Made by a program: the position numbers and the translations under genes
Assembly (NCBI RefSeq): GCF_000485595.1
Contig: NW_014577080.1
Span: forward strand, 791,064-855,063
DNA: 64,000 bases
From: Priapulus caudatus
Taxonomy: Eukaryota
Direction of reading: 5' to 3'
Shown: positions 13,952 through 49,500 of the stretch, one piece after another
How positions within the stretch are numbered: position 1 is the first letter of the stretch
Layout of the letters: each line of letters opens with the position of its first letter
Notes under the pieces: model-generated
What the model was told of the DNA's origin: nothing
Seen by the model: only the letters and a program-made list of their open reading frames with translations
Databases searched by the model: none

Positions 13952-15059
13952 TAAGTGTTGTTAGCTTTGCCTGATAGTGATCAGCTGCATTAGTAGAGCG
14001 GTCAAAAACTAATGATATGCGTTGCCGCGGTGTACTACATGCGTAGCGTGTCGTGAGTGGGCTGAGATTGTGTTACACGGGTATGATGTTGTGTGCTGTA
14101 TGTACATAACAACATGTCATGAGTGGGCTGAGATTGTGTTACACGGGTGTGAGTTGTAGTGGGAGTGGGGAGGTAGTGGCACTGGGGGTTGCGGGGACGA
14201 TGGCGGCGGTAGCAGTAGTAACAGTAGTAACAGGAAGTTTTATTATGCTCTAACAATCAGGCTTGGACGCGTTCGGATTAAATTTGATCCGGATTAGGTT
14301 GCTCGTAACATTGCTCCCGATTAACTAAAGCTGGACTCAATTTTTAACATTTAACCATTTTTTCGGGTTCATTCGCGCGTTGAAAGGCAGCGAGTGAATT
14401 CCGGTTTGCCGGTGTCAAATAACATCCTTCCGAGTACCCTAGCGCGACATTGGGTTCGTGCTGAAGCACATGCTATAACACGTGCTAACACTGTCACCCT
14501 AAAACAGTTATGAAGCAACATGCAGGGCGTCAAGTTCCTATTTTTTCCTATATTTTCGTCGTATTATTCCTGGGCCAATTCCTATTTTCTTCCTATTTTC
14601 TGGACAAAATTCCCTGTTTTCCTATTTTTTGAAGGCTTTCAATTTTTCTGAATCCCAGATTGTTTATTATCCTTCTCAGAATGCAGATTTACATTTCAGG
14701 TGACGCGACTATTTTCAAAAATTTCATGGGGAGGACGCCCCAAACGCCCACCCGCCTTATTTGAAATTAACGTATATATACTCTTTACTATCACATGATT
14801 TATTTTCAGTAAAGTTGTTTCTCAGGTTGGATGTGGTATGTGTATCCAGAAGGGGTCCAGGGGGTTCCGACCCCCCGCCTTTTACGCCAAAAAGGGAAAA
14901 CACAAAAGATAATTTCTGCTTAAAAATTTGGAATTCCATCTTGCATTCTAGACATCAAAATTACTGGCTCAGATGCTCTCAGAAGCACGGCAATTTTTGA
15001 AAAAAAATTGTGGGGAGGTCCCCCTAACCCCCCCCTCCCTCCTAAGTGCACCGAGTGCC

Positions 15060-15084
15060 NNNNNNNNNNNNNNNNNNNNNNNNN
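15060..15084. other. Assembly gap (25 N)
   Basis: Run of n characters. Confidence 1.
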
Positions 15085-15104
15085 CCGAAATAAGTGCTGT
15101 CGTG

Positions 15105-18100
15105 TGCGTGCAAGTATATACGTCGTTTGTGGGTCTCCGTGATCGTTACTTTGTACAAAGTTAACGTGGTTTGTGGGTCTCCGTGATCGTTACTTGTACA
15201 AGTATATACGTGGTTTGTGGGTCTCCGTGATCGTTACTTGTACAAGTATATACGTGGTTTGTGGGTCTCCGTGATCGTTACTTGTACAAGTACCTTATAC
15301 GTGGTCTTGTGCGGTCTCCAGTGATCGTTACTGTACAAGCATATTACGTTGCCGTTTGTGGGTCTCGTGGTCGTTACTTGTACAAGTAATATACGTCGTT
15401 CTAGTGAGGCCTCTCCGTAGATCGTAGCTTGTACAAGTATATACGTCGTTATGTGGGCTCTCCGGTGATGCGTACTTGTACAAAGTCATATACGTGGTTG
15501 TGGGTCTTCCGTCGATCGTTACTGATGTACAAGTATATACCGTGGTTTGTGGGTCTCCGTGATTCGTTCTCGTACAAGATAATATACGTGAGTTCTGTGC
15601 GGTCTTCCGTGAATCGTTACTTGTACAAGTATATACGTGGTTTTGGGTCTCCGTGATCGTTACTTGTACAAGTTATACGTGGTTTGTGGGTCTCCGTGAT
15701 CGTTACTTGTACAAGTATATACAAGCGTTTGGGTCTCGCATGATCGTTACTTGTCAAGTATATACCGTGGGTTTGGGGTTCTCCGTGATCAGTTACTTGT
15801 ACAAGATATACGTTCCCGTGGTTTGTCGGTCTCCCGCTGATCCTTAACTTGTACACAAGTATATTACGTGGTCTTTGTGGCGTCTCCATGATCGTTACTC
15901 TGTACAAGCATATACGTGAATTTGTGGTCTCCGTGATTCGTTACTATGTACAAAGATATACGTTTGGCTTTTGTGCCGGGTCTCCCGATGATCTACTTGT
16001 ACAAGTATATACGTGGTTTGTGGTCTCCGTGATCGTTAACTTGTACAAGTATATACGTTGGTTTGTGGCGCCGTCTCCTGATTCGTTACTTGTACATAGA
16101 TATACGTGCTTTGTGGGTCGCCATCATCGTTCCTTGTACAAGCTATACGTGTTTGTGGCCGTCTCCGGATCGTTACATTGTACAAGCATATACGTGGGTT
16201 TGTGGGTCGCCAGTGATGCTCTAATTGTACCAAGTAATAATACGGGTTGTGGGTCTCCATGATCGTTACTTGTACAAGAGCATATAAGCGTGGTTTGTGG
16301 GTCTCCGTGTCGATACTTGTACAAGTGACTATTACGTGGTTTGTGGGTCTCCGGGTCGTTACTTGTAAAGCTATCATTAAAACCGTGGTTTGTGGGTCTC
16401 CGTGATACGGTTACTGTGTACAAGCATATACGTGGTGTTGTCGTTCGTGATCGTACTTGTCGAAGTTTATCACTCGTTTGTGGCGTCTCCGTGACTCGTT
16501 ACTTGTACAAGTATATACGTCAGGTTTGTGGGTCTCCTGTGGTCGTACTTTCGTACAAGTTGTCGTACGTGGTTTGGCGGTCTCCGTGATCGTTACTTGA
16601 CAAGTATATACGTGGTTTGTGGGTCTCACAGTCGATCGTTATTGTACAAGTATATACGTGCGTTTGTGGGTCTCCGTGTCGTTCTTGTACAAGTATATTA
16701 CGTGGTTTGTGGGTCTCCGTAGATCGTTACTTGTTCACAGCATATACGTTGGTTTGTGGGTCTCCCCTGATCGTTAACTTGTCACAAGCTATATACGTAC
16801 GTTTTGGTCTGCAGTGTCGGTCACTTGTACAAGTAATACGTCGGTTTGTCGCGAGTCTCCGTGGTCGTGATTGTTACAAGTACGTATACTGCGTTTGTGG
16901 GTCTCCGTGGTCTACTTGTACAAGTATATACGTGGTTGGTGGTTCCCTAGGTCGGTGACTTGTCAAGTTACTTACGGTGTGCGTTTGTTGAGTCTTCCGG
17001 GTGATCGTTACTGTTCAAGTATTACGTGGTTGGTGGGTCTCCGGGGTGGTACTGTACAAGTTTATACGTGGTTGTGGGCTCTCCTTGGTCGCTTACTGTG
17101 TACAGAGCTATAGACGTAGGTTGCTGGGTCTCCGGTGCTCGATAACTTGTACAAGTGATAGGACGTGGATGGGGTCCTCCGCTGATCGTTACTTGTACAA
17201 CATAGTATACGTGGTTTGGGGTATTCGATGGTCGTTACTTGTGACAAGTAGATATACCGTGCGTTTGTGAGTCTCCGGTGGTGCTTACTTGTACATCAGT
17301 ATTATACGTGTTTGTGGGCTCCTGAATCGCTTACTATGTACAAGTATATACGTGGATTGTGGGTCGCCGTGTCGTTACTTGTACAAAGTATACTACGTTG
17401 GTTTGTGCGGTCTCCGTGGTATCGTTCTATGTACAATGTTATACGTCGTTGTGGTTCTCCGTGATCGGTTACTTTACAAGTATTATACGTGCGTTTGCTG
17501 TCTCCGTGTCGTTAGCTTGTACAGGTATATACGTTGGTTTTGTGGTCTCCGTGATCGTTACTTGTACAAGAGTACTTACGTGGTTTGTGAGCTCCTGTGG
17601 TCGTACTTGTACCAAGTATACGTAGGTTTCTGTGGCTCCGTGAATTCCTTCACTTGTACACACTATACGTGGTTTGTGGGTCTCCGTGCACGTTACTTGC
17701 TACAAGTAATCACGTGGTGTGTGGTGTCTCCGTGGGTCGTTACTTGCTACAAGTTTTATTACGGGGGCGTTTTGTGGTCTCCGTGATCGTGAACTTGCTA
17801 ACACGCTATATACGTCGTTTGTGGGTCTACTCCGCTGATCGTTACTTGTACAAGTATATACTGGTTGGTTTGTGGGTCTGCCGTGCATCGCTTACTATGT
17901 ACAAGTTATACGTGGTTTGTGGGTCTCCCGTGTCGTTAGCTTGTACAAGGTATATACGTGGTGTTGTGGGTCTCCGTGATCGATTATTGTACAAGTGTAT
18001 ACGTGGTTGATGGTCTCCAGTGATCGTTACTTGTACAAGTATATTACGTGAGTTTGTGGTTCTCCGGTGAATCTTACTTGCTACAAGTATCATACGTGTT

Positions 18101-18635
18101 TGTGGGTCTCCGTGATCGTTTACTTGTACAATATAATACGTAGCGTTTGTGGGTCTCACGTGATCGTTACTTGTACAAAAAAAAAAAAAAAAAAGAGAAC
18201 GAGGGAAAAAAGGGGGGAAAGAAGGGATGGGTATAAGCGTGGTTGGTGTGGGTCTCGTGATCGTTACTTGTCAAGTTATACGGTCGTTATGGGTCTCAGT
18301 CGATCGCTTACATGTACATATATACGTGGTTGTGAGTCTCGTGATTCGTCTTACTTGGACAAGCATATACGTGGTTTGGGGCGTCTCCGTGATCCGCTTA
18401 CTTGTACAAGTATATACGTCGTTTGTGGGTCTCCATGATCGTTACATGTACAAGTATGATGCTCAGTCATGGGTCTCCGTGATCGGTTACTGTTACAAGT
18501 ATAACGCGTCGGTTTGTGGGTCTCCGTGATCGTTCTGTACAAAGTATATACTCGTTTGTGGGGGTATCCCATGTCCGTTACATTGTACAAGTATTATACG
18601 TCGTTTGCTGGGCTCTCATGGATCGTTACATGTAT
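15105..18635. repeat. 44-bp tandem satellite array (copy 2)
   Basis: Same consensus as 3240-6155, with near-perfect units at 15165-15290. Starts right after the N gap. Confidence 0.95.
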
Positions 18636-21490
18636 CCGAGCATTACCGCGGATTTCACTCCACACACACCACACAACGCGCGCACGCACACACACACAAA
18701 CACGCCGCACCGCCGGCGCGCGCGCCGGCACACATACAGCACACAACGCGACGCACGCACCACGCGACGCAAGCGCACGCATGATGCTACATACATGACA
18801 TACATAGCATACATACCATACAATACATACATTACAACGACTGCCGATGTACATGCTTACGCGACTGGAGAAAGCAGAGCCAGAACGATTGTTGGCTCGT
18901 TAACTAAATGCATGTTGCGGTCATTCGGTATCTGCGGCCGGTTACTTCGGGGTTGTCATATTTTCATAGCGAACCCTTTGTCGGTCGTCTAGGCAGTGAT
19001 GATCGATTTTTTCGTAGTTTTTCAATCGAATTTGAATAGAGTGGTAGGATAGGTTCTCTGGCAGCAGACCGGACAGCTTGCGCTATAACGTCTAATACGC
19101 GTCAGTGAAGTTAGCTCCAGTTCCCAGTCCCAGTTCCCCATAAGGAAACTAGTATACTGGGCAAACAGTTACCAGTTCCAGTTATTCCAGGTCCTTATTC
19201 GGGAATAAGGAACTAGTAACTATAGGCAAAGCAGTTCCCAAGTTCCCAGTTCAGTTTCTTTTCGAATAAGGAACTAGTAACTAGGCTCGAAAGGCAGTTA
19301 CTCAGTTTCAACAGTTCAGAAATGCAAATTGAATTTGGAACTGTACACATGGCAAAAGAGTAATAGTTACTGTATTCGGTCAAAATGAACCCTTTGGCCA
19401 CACATTCTATTCGAGACTGGTAACTGAATAAGTAGCTGGGTCTATACGAACCTGAGTAAGCTGATTAATAAATGTGTGCCAAAGGGTTAATGTGGCCGAA
19501 TAAGTAATACTTAACTTATTTCTGCCTACGGTACAGCTTAGCCAATTCATATGTTCCATTCTCGAACTGGGAACCTGGGAACTGCTTTGCCTTATCAGTT
19601 CTAGTTGCCTTATTCGATAAGGAATGGGAACTGGTAAACTGCTTGGCGCCTATGTACTAGTCCTTATGTCGAGATAGGAACTGCTCGAACTGGTACTGCC
19701 TTTGCCTAGTACTGTCCCTTATTCCGATAACGCAACTGCGAGAACTGTAACTGCGGGTAACCTGCTTGCCCTGGTTACTAGTTCCAACTGGGCAGCTACT
19801 TCCCCGAGACTCTTATACACGTCTTTCGGATGTATAGGACCTGTTTCTTGGGCTGATTAGCGTCACGCGGACGTCACGGCTGTGTTAAAGAGCCCATCGC
19901 GCGCTTAGGTTCTAAATTAAATTTACCAACGATTTACTTTACGCGGCGGTTGTACACCCAGTAGCTTGCGATTTCACCCAGGGAACGGACGTTGGGAGCC
20001 AGTCTGTATGCACTACAGTCAAACACTGAGTGTGATTGCAATTCTTCTCCAAAATGGCATCCATTACTTCCTTTCAGCACTGACCTTCTGCTCAATCCCC
20101 GAGTAGACCACGGCAAGGACGGTCACTCCATGAACGTAATGATTGCGTTTAGTCCCAGTATGGCAGCGATGTCGTCATTATTTTGATACGAAGATTCTGC
20201 TTTCCTGGAGTGATTTACACTTCCATGAAAAGTAGCCCGCCCGCTCAATATCTGACGCGGAATCTGCACGCTTGCCTCGAACCAAAAACAAAACGCTGTC
20301 TCCGATTTGGTGGATGGATGGAAATAAAATAAATCGGCATATATTTTGGCCACGCGGCAATTTAAAATAGAAACCATTAGTCATCCATCATAGAACTTTT
20401 TTGTCGTGATGTACATTGCTCATACGAAATGAGATGTTTTTAGACACGTCGCATAACCTGCCTTCGGCACCTTTTTATAAAAGTGCCCTTTATTTCTTAC
20501 TGGACCCCCCCTTTTTCAAAAAGCCGGATCCGCCCATGTATACATGTACGTCATACTATTTTGGAGTAGTCTACATGTATGGGTGCTTATGCATGTATAA
20601 ACTTCTTATCAATTTTAACATGCATTTCTCATTAAAACCTCAAAATATTGTATGCATGTGATGTAACTCCAAATATGTATATTAATAAAACCATTTGTGG
20701 TGGATCGGGATGGCTGTAGGGGTGTTGGGAGGCCATCTAATGCAACAAATATTCCTATTTAACATATATTTTTTCACCAAAATTCCTATTTTCCTTCTAT
20801 TTTTTCACATCTGAAATTCCTATTTTCTTATTTTTTGAGCGTCACTTGTCACTTGACGCCCTGAACATGTAATACGTTGATAATAAAACCCAGGATAAGT
20901 GTGAAGTGGACTTATATTAGTGGAGGCGTGAACAGTCTACGCGGAACAAGGCCCCGCTGTACGACCTCATTAATGCTTCGATCAGCTCATGATTTGATGA
21001 CACAGAAAGCTGCAATAGTTAGCGATGAACTACTAGTTTCGACTCATGATATAGTCTTCATCGGGTTCTTCTAACTTTGTAAAGCTGAAACCCCGTGTTT
21101 TGCAGCGATTAATAAAACCGAGTCAGTGTAGGATCGTCTGGTACGACCTCTCTGTTATAAACCCACAAACGTGCGATGTTAGTGTTACAAATACGACACG
21201 TTGCGCGTAAACAACCTAGCTGTTGCAGTCCTATAAAGAAACAAACTAAACATTCGATTTAATTAAATATAAATTCGACTAACTTCAATAAAAAAATAAT
21301 CAAGTGCATTCAGTACAACAAAATTAGCTTGGTTATTTGGTTAGCCATATGAAACGAACAGCCGTTTGCTGCCCCGTATACATATGGTATTTTCTCACCC
21401 GCAGATGCGTCAAAAGAAATTTGTTATTTCTAGAATTTTATTAGTTGCGTTGCGTAACAGCATCGTGTTGACCTACGTTATAACCGCGTG

Positions 21491-21536
<46 letters not shown>

Positions 21537-21734
21537 CATGAAGTTACTGCGATCGTTGTTTTATTGATTTACTAAATGTAAGGGATATGCTAGACATTCG
21601 CTTCAGCAGCAGTCTGTCTGCAAGCTAGCTAGCTGTTTTATGTCCTTCTCGGGGTTTTGCTTCGTGTTTAGATCTACACTGCGTTGCTGCTTAGGGTTTG
21701 TTGCTTAGTGGTTTTTCTTCTGTGTTAATTGCAG

Positions 21735-42502
<20,768 letters not shown>

Positions 42503-44248
42503 GAGATCGACAGGAGATAGGGGCGTGGCAGCTAGCTCACTCACTCACTGTGCTGCCTTCTGCTACTGCATCTACACAAGTCGTCGTGGCGGTTAAAGAC
42601 GCACTGCTGAATACAGAAGAGGCAAACTTTTCTCACAGCTGTGCCCATAATTTGACTCGATATGTAGCCACGATACTTCTCTAAACTGTGCGCTCCAGCC
42701 TATTTTAGATACGATGGAGGCGTGCAGATTTTTTAGCTGTAGTTGCAGGAGAGAGAGAGAGAGTGAGACAGTTAATACAGTATATAAATGAGATTCTCAA
42801 TCCGTCACTGCCAGAATCCATGTGCCATTGTCACATTTATGTTTTTGCATTTGATGCTGCATGGGTTATTTAGGATAATGGCTTCCATTACTGTGGCACA
42901 ATTATGAATCCATGCTACTCATTGTAGGCCTATGTTCTATCGAGACTGGTTTTGGAACGTGTATGCCATTTAGGAATAACTTCTCATTTGCTGTGTCAAG
43001 GCTGTATGTTAGGTTTCTGATTGTCATGCACCGATGTAGATCAGCATATTTTGACTGTAATAGATATTTTTTAGTTTGTGAAACGAGAATAGAGAGGTTT
43101 TCTCACTGACATCTGAGAGTGTTGGCGTGCTAGAAATGTGTGGTAGAAAAATGCTATCATCTATACAAGTAATCAAAATGCAGTTTAAACCTTTGTAAAT
43201 ACTTTAGTGTGATCCTATTTATGTTGCTACAGTTTTTTACGTTAGTCAGTTTTTCCCGTCAAATCATGATGAAATGTGATAGCGAGTGATTTCAATACAT
43301 TGCCCCAGTAGGTGTTTTTTAGAAGATTTAGTTTACTTAGTTCTCGTTTTTATTTATTTTTATTGGAAGGTTTATTCACAGTTTTGTGTGTGAACTGTTC
43401 TGATTGTAGCTGCAAGCATACACGTTTCGCCTTCCCATGTTACAAGCCAGCTAGTCCACGATTCATCAACGCTATGATAATTTATTGTAAGTTTAGTTAC
43501 TTAGGTTTCTTAATCATCTTAACACGTTTTACGTTACAAGTTTAACGTTCCTTCTCAGTAAAACTTGACCCAACGGAAGTACTACGTTGTGGCAATGTCG
43601 TTAGTAAAGCCACGTTTATATTTGTATCAATGTTGTTAATGTTTGTAATACAGTTTTACTACACTTTAAAGTATTTGTTATCGTTTATGTAAAACGCATG
43701 CAACGGAGCTATGTTAGAGAAATTGATAAAGCATGATGCGGGAAGGATTAGAAACGATACACAAAGTTAAAAGGAAATAACAAGATGTCAGAAGAGGGAA
43801 ATGTTAAAACTAAGAAATTGGACGAAGGAGATTTTATGTCACGGATTATTAATCGAATAACGAACCGAAATTCAAATGACATAATGAGACGTTGTGGGTT
43901 AAGGAAGGGGACAGCATAGGATTTCAAGAAAATAATAAATGTTACAACAAGATGTGACGGGGAAAGATGAAATTATGCAATTACTGAGAACAGAGACACG
44001 TTAAAAGACTTGATAAATTGTTGAGCTGAGAAGAAGATAATGCAATAACCTGATGGGAGTAGGGTTAAATACTAGTTCAAGACGGTTGAAAGAATGTCAC
44101 CTTATTGTTGCAAAATGTTGGCGGGAACTCGACGACGGTAGCCGAAACTTTTCTGAAAGAAATTTGCAGGAGAGGATATGAAATTCTGGGAGCAGAGGAA
44201 TTCGATACCGTGACAATAACAGCATTGCCGGACTTTCCGGGCGCTCCA

Positions 44249-45069
44249 CAGGGTCCCCACAGCCCTTGAGAGTCCTTGAATTTTGTTCTTTGCCATTGAA
44301 AGTCCTTAATTTTTCCTTTCGTTATTTGAAGTCTTTGGAAATATTTTATCCAAGTCCTTATTTTATGTCTAACGTCTCCAATCCTGGAATTTTACATTTT
44401 TGACCTAAAATAAATAACAAATCATCATTCCTGGTTATCTGACTGACCCTATTCCAAGTCTTCGATGAAAATGTAAAATTTAATCCAATATTCACATAAT
44501 CATTGTCTACTAATGTACCAAAGTAGTTTGTCCCTAATTTTTACGTGCAGGTGGTGTAGGTGTCTAGACTATAAGTTCATCATTTTAATATTTATTTATT
44601 ACTCAGTATTCTACACACGGAGTAATAAATAACAAATTATAATAGTCAGCACATAGTTAAGATCCCTGCCCATACCACCCATGACTAAAAAGAGGGAAAC
44701 CAATTGGTCAAACTAGTTTTAGCAAATACTGTTGTAAACTTTGGATTAAATTTAATATTATTTGTTATTTGTTATTATTTGTAAAGATTTGGGACAAGGA
44801 GAATATGGCCCTTAATGGTTTCTTCCATGGGTTGGAGGCTGAAGAAGATCTTTAATTTCACCAGCTGAACAAGTACTATTAGCAAGAAATTTGTAGACAA
44901 AGGATTGCTCTCATTGAATTAGGGTGTAAAACAACTATTTTACTTTGTATATGAATCTAAAGTATATATGATGACTCTAAAATGCTAAAACTACTTGTCA
45001 CAGATTGTGCTTGAAAAAAACGTACTCGAAAAGTCGTTGAAAAAATAATTCACACTTGTGGGAACTATG
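44249..45069. mobile_element. Non-autonomous TIR element (CAGGG start) with degenerate right end; partial right-end copies at about 46135-46270 and 49840-49975
   Basis: CAGGGTCCCCACA at the left versus TGTGGGAACTATG at the right. Subterminal CTTGAA and GTCCTT repeats. Confidence 0.5.
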
Positions 45070-45316
45070 TACTGAGTTCCTAGCAGTAATAATGTACCAT
45101 ATAGAATCAACCATCACGAAAAACCAAGAAAATACCAATAATACCTTCTCATTCAATACCTGGTATTCTATCTATTTCTATCTATCTATATCTGATATGT
45201 CTATCTATTTATATGGTACGTTAATCTATATCCTATCAGGTTATATTCTCTTGGGAATAAGTGATCCCCCTCTCCTAAATGGTATCGCCTATGACCTCTT
45301 GCACGGTAAAAAGTTA

Positions 45317-46391
45317 GTGCCGTACGTGCGTTTGTCTGCGCGTGTGACTGCGCATGCGTGTGCACATCTCCGTCTGCAATCCTCCCTCCCTCCGTTCCTC
45401 CCTTCTTTTCTCTACTCTTTCCTCCCCCTTCCCTTCTCACTCCCTTCCCCTCAGTAGTTCCCTCCCCCTCTCGCGGATAGTATCGCCCACGGCATCAGTT
45501 GCACGGTGAAAAGTGAGCTAGGCAAATGTCTAGTTTTCAGCCTCAGCTTTTTCACACACCCCTTCCCCCCAAAGCACTAAATGTGGATATACGGCTATAA
45601 TACGCGGTTTTTTACAGTCACACAAACACACATACACGAACGGACGCGCACACGCGGGTATGGTCGCACCACCCGTGCGCGTGCATAATAGGCGTAAATT
45701 CACATTTTGTGCCTCGGGAGTGAAAATGTTTCGGCGAAATACAGCCATTTGGCTGGCAAACTTTTCACCGTGTTCCTGACGCCGTGGGCGATACCATTCG
45801 CGAAGAGGGAGTAAGGAATAAGTGATCACTTTTATTCACTGTTAATTGAACTTTATGATTATTGTCTTTTTCATGGAGAAAAAATCTGATATAGCACAAG
45901 TGTCAATGCAATAGTGTTGAGCAGTTAAAATAATAAAATTACGAGGCGATACAGAACATTGTGTGATACATAGTTCTGAGTGATACATATTACATAAAAG
46001 CTTTACATATTGTTATAGGCGCGTCACATGATTCTACGTAAATGACAATATGAAACGACTATAGTGTACGTCGGTAATCGCCGAGCTATATAGCGGCTGT
46101 TTAATCTGCTGTCGGCACTCGTGCAAAACAACAATTTTTACTTTATATATGAATCTAAGGTATATATGATGACTCTAAAAAGCTAAAACTACTTGTCATA
46201 GATTGTCCTTGAAAAAAACATGTCATTGAAAAGTAATTGAAAAAATATTCACACTTTTGTTGGAACCATGTCCATCAGATTATGTATCTTGTATAATATA
46301 GCGTGTGGCTTATGCCGTTTAAAAGCGTTAAATAGCTATTATTGTAGAGAGGGAGTGAAGGAGAGAGAATGTGAGAGTGGAAGTGTGAGAG

Positions 46392-46432
<41 letters not shown>

Positions 46433-46470
46433 GCGCGCGCAGGAGAGGGGGAGGAGAGGCCGAAAGAGAA

Positions 46471-46522
<52 letters not shown>

Positions 46523-49500
46523 AGGAGACAGCGAGAGAGAAAACGAGGGAGAGAGCTAGAGAAAATTAATTCGATCTAATCTCATCACTTTGCACTTGAG
46601 GATTCTATAGTAAGAAGGTCGTATACACTAGCTTTCCTTAAGCCCATTCGCTTATTTTTAGTACAAACCGTTTCTTTGCGCTAAGTTACCAGTAGAAAAA
46701 TGTAAACTGCTGGTTTAAACGACGTCAACGTTTTCTAGTTGCGAGTGAATATTTACGCGACAATTATTTTAATATCTGCTATACACAGCCACACTGCCGC
46801 CTACCCTCGTCATTTCTATTACTATTACATGATTCTTGCACATCGATACATACAAACAATGAGATCTTGTTTAATAACGTTAAAAACTGTCATGTCTAGT
46901 AGCAGGCAAACAATACAGCAACCGCGATCACGGTTATAATTATACCTCAACATACAACATATCAACACGCCTCCAGAATAGTACACTCACACTCAGCTAT
47001 GGACAAGCACGTCAGCTATATGTAGTATGACATCAGATCAGGGATAAATAAAAACAAACTTGTTTTTACACAGTCCTGATCACATCATAGTCCTACAACG
47101 AATCACGATTACATCAGAGATGCTAACTTCACTGCACGTTACAAAGACCGTATACAATATACCGTGCGCGGTCTTTGACGTTTATACAACGACAAGCGAC
47201 GAAAAATCTGCAAACAATTACAACAGTGAAAGTAAACACAAGTGCCACGTCAACGGGGAAGACTGGTGGGTAGAGACGTGTCGATAATGAGCAAGTTGGA
47301 AAAGGAGAAATGATGGAGACAAGAGCATACAATCGAGTTTGGCAACAGTGAAAAACGACATCACGAATATCTTATATTGCACAGAGTACAAGTCTTGAAG
47401 AAATTCGAGCCCGCTGACACTTTATTCGCCCAATGCTTTTACAGTTAGACGTGTTTTTCGCAAGGCAAACCTAACATCAGTTCTGAGTTTTCTACGAGTG
47501 TGGAAGTTAAGTGATTAAGGAAGCCAGCCACAAGAGGGCGCCCCGGTAAATGGAGACAATCTCTACATCTAGCAATATTAAATATGGCTAGAGAATGACA
47601 TCCGTCTGCGTAGCACGTTGATATGACTTCTATGCGTTTCATAAAACAACGCCAAACGCTTTCAGCGGTTTCAAATCTAACTTAAAACTAGATCGAACAT
47701 AATATGTGGTATACATATATTTCTTCTCGTTTTTTTTTGTGGATACTTGGCAATCCGAAGAAAGATCTGATTAGAAAGACAACACAAAATATGAGAGAGT
47801 TGGGAAAGACCCTCACACAAATAACGCAGATTGTTTTTTCAGGGAAAGGAGAGGGTACAATAGCTTAAATATACCATAGCATTTATTTACTATTTAAAAC
47901 ATGTCATGGATGGGTAACAACAATTAAAAAAAGAAAAAATATGATCAAATGGCTTACACACAAAATGAAACAGTTTTTGCCATCAAAAGCCATCAGATCC
48001 TATATACAATATATTCGTCAACTATACATAGATTCTGTTGTTTTGATATAAAATTTAATCAAATATTAAATATTTTACTAAAATTAAATACACACGGTGC
48101 ACAACGTAGCACATGAAAATATTGCAGAAAAATGTAAACGTGAATATTAATCTTGTAGTATTAATTATATAAATGCACAATTAAGATTTTTAATAAATTG
48201 CTTGAATGTAATGAATACAATAATTATGCAGTCCATTACATTACACATTGAGCATGCTTTTCACGATGGGGAGCTACGCGGCACATGCAGGGGCGAATTT
48301 ACACTAACCCTCACATCTGCTTGATGCGGATATAAACACAGGCGTTGCAAAATCTGAAGAGCCACAAACAGCCTCTGTTTGCTCTACTTTACATTATAAT
48401 TACCACAGCACAGATATAACAAAGGTCTAGGCAACCGCTAGGTGTCATACACCAGTATGCGCACATGATGTGCCACCTTCTGTCATTAATACCAAAAATA
48501 GATCAGACTCGAGTGTTGAGCTATCTATTTTGCTAATACTCGTGCGAATATGAGAGTGGAGCGTAAGCTATAATTGTAGTGTCGGGTCGTCTAAGACTGA
48601 ACCCACTCTGGCAGTCACGGTCGCGACTTGCTTCGTTCGCGGTTGCTAGTGGCTCGCTATGTTTCACTACGATTGCTCTGGCTAGCACTTTGCCTACTTT
48701 CTAGACGTGGGATTCCAGTGATCACTGTCGTCGTCGACGATATCGACTGTGTCGTTTCTGTCGCGCGCTGCCTCCTCTTCGCTCGTCGCCACTTCTGTCA
48801 CTCTGCCCAGGCCGACCTTGACCGAAAATATGCCAGTCATGCATATATATTAGAGTCGGTTTAATGCACTAGCATATGACATCTCAGTCATGAGGTTTCC
48901 CAGTATGGCGTTTAGAAGTATTCGTAACTCTTTTAATTTTTGCATGTCATGTGGGGCCAGACTGCAAAATTCGGCGCACAATAATGGTACTAAACAGCAC
49001 TGTTGCTGTCGGTCAGTTGGGTGTGCCGTTTGTGCCGTACGTGCGTTTGTCTGCGCGTGTGACTGCGCATGCGTGTGCACATCTCCGTCTGCATTCCTCC
49101 CTACCTTCTTTTCTCTACTCTTTCCTCCCCCCTCCCCTCTCACTTCCTTCCCCTCAGTAGTTTTCTCCCCTTCTCGCGGATAGTATCGCTCACGGCATTA
49201 GTTGCACGGTGAAAAGTTAGCCAGGCAAATGGCTAGTTTTCAGCCTCAGCTTTTTCACACACCCCTTCCCCCCAAAGCACTAAATGTGGATATACGGCTA
49301 TAATACGCGTTTTTTACAGTCACACAAACACACATACACGAACGGACGCGCACACGCGGGTATGGTCGCACGCACCCGTGCGCGTGCATAATAGGCGTAA
49401 ATTCACATTTTGTGCCTCGGGAGTGAAAATGTTTCGGCTGAAATACAGCCATTTGGCTGGCAAACTTTTCACCGCGTTCCTGACGCCGTGGGCGATACCA

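Larger units (their letters stand above)
14523..20863. mobile_element. Non-autonomous TIR element with CAGGG termini, interrupted by nested sequence and a gap
   Basis: 13-bp TIR CAGGGCGTCAAGT / ACTTGACGCCCTG. Flanking direct repeat AACATG at 14517-14522 and 20864-20869. TTCCTATTTT subterminal repeats at both ends. Confidence 0.7.

Noticed and set aside
18177..18230. Poly-A tract within the satellite suggesting a retro-insertion
   Set aside because: No TSD or element body. It looks like a low-quality read segment.
21405..21480. Possible upstream RhoGEF exon after CCCGCAG (MRQKKFVISRILLVALR...)
   Set aside because: The acceptor is plausible, but there is no convincing donor or recognisable motif. 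Left unannotated.
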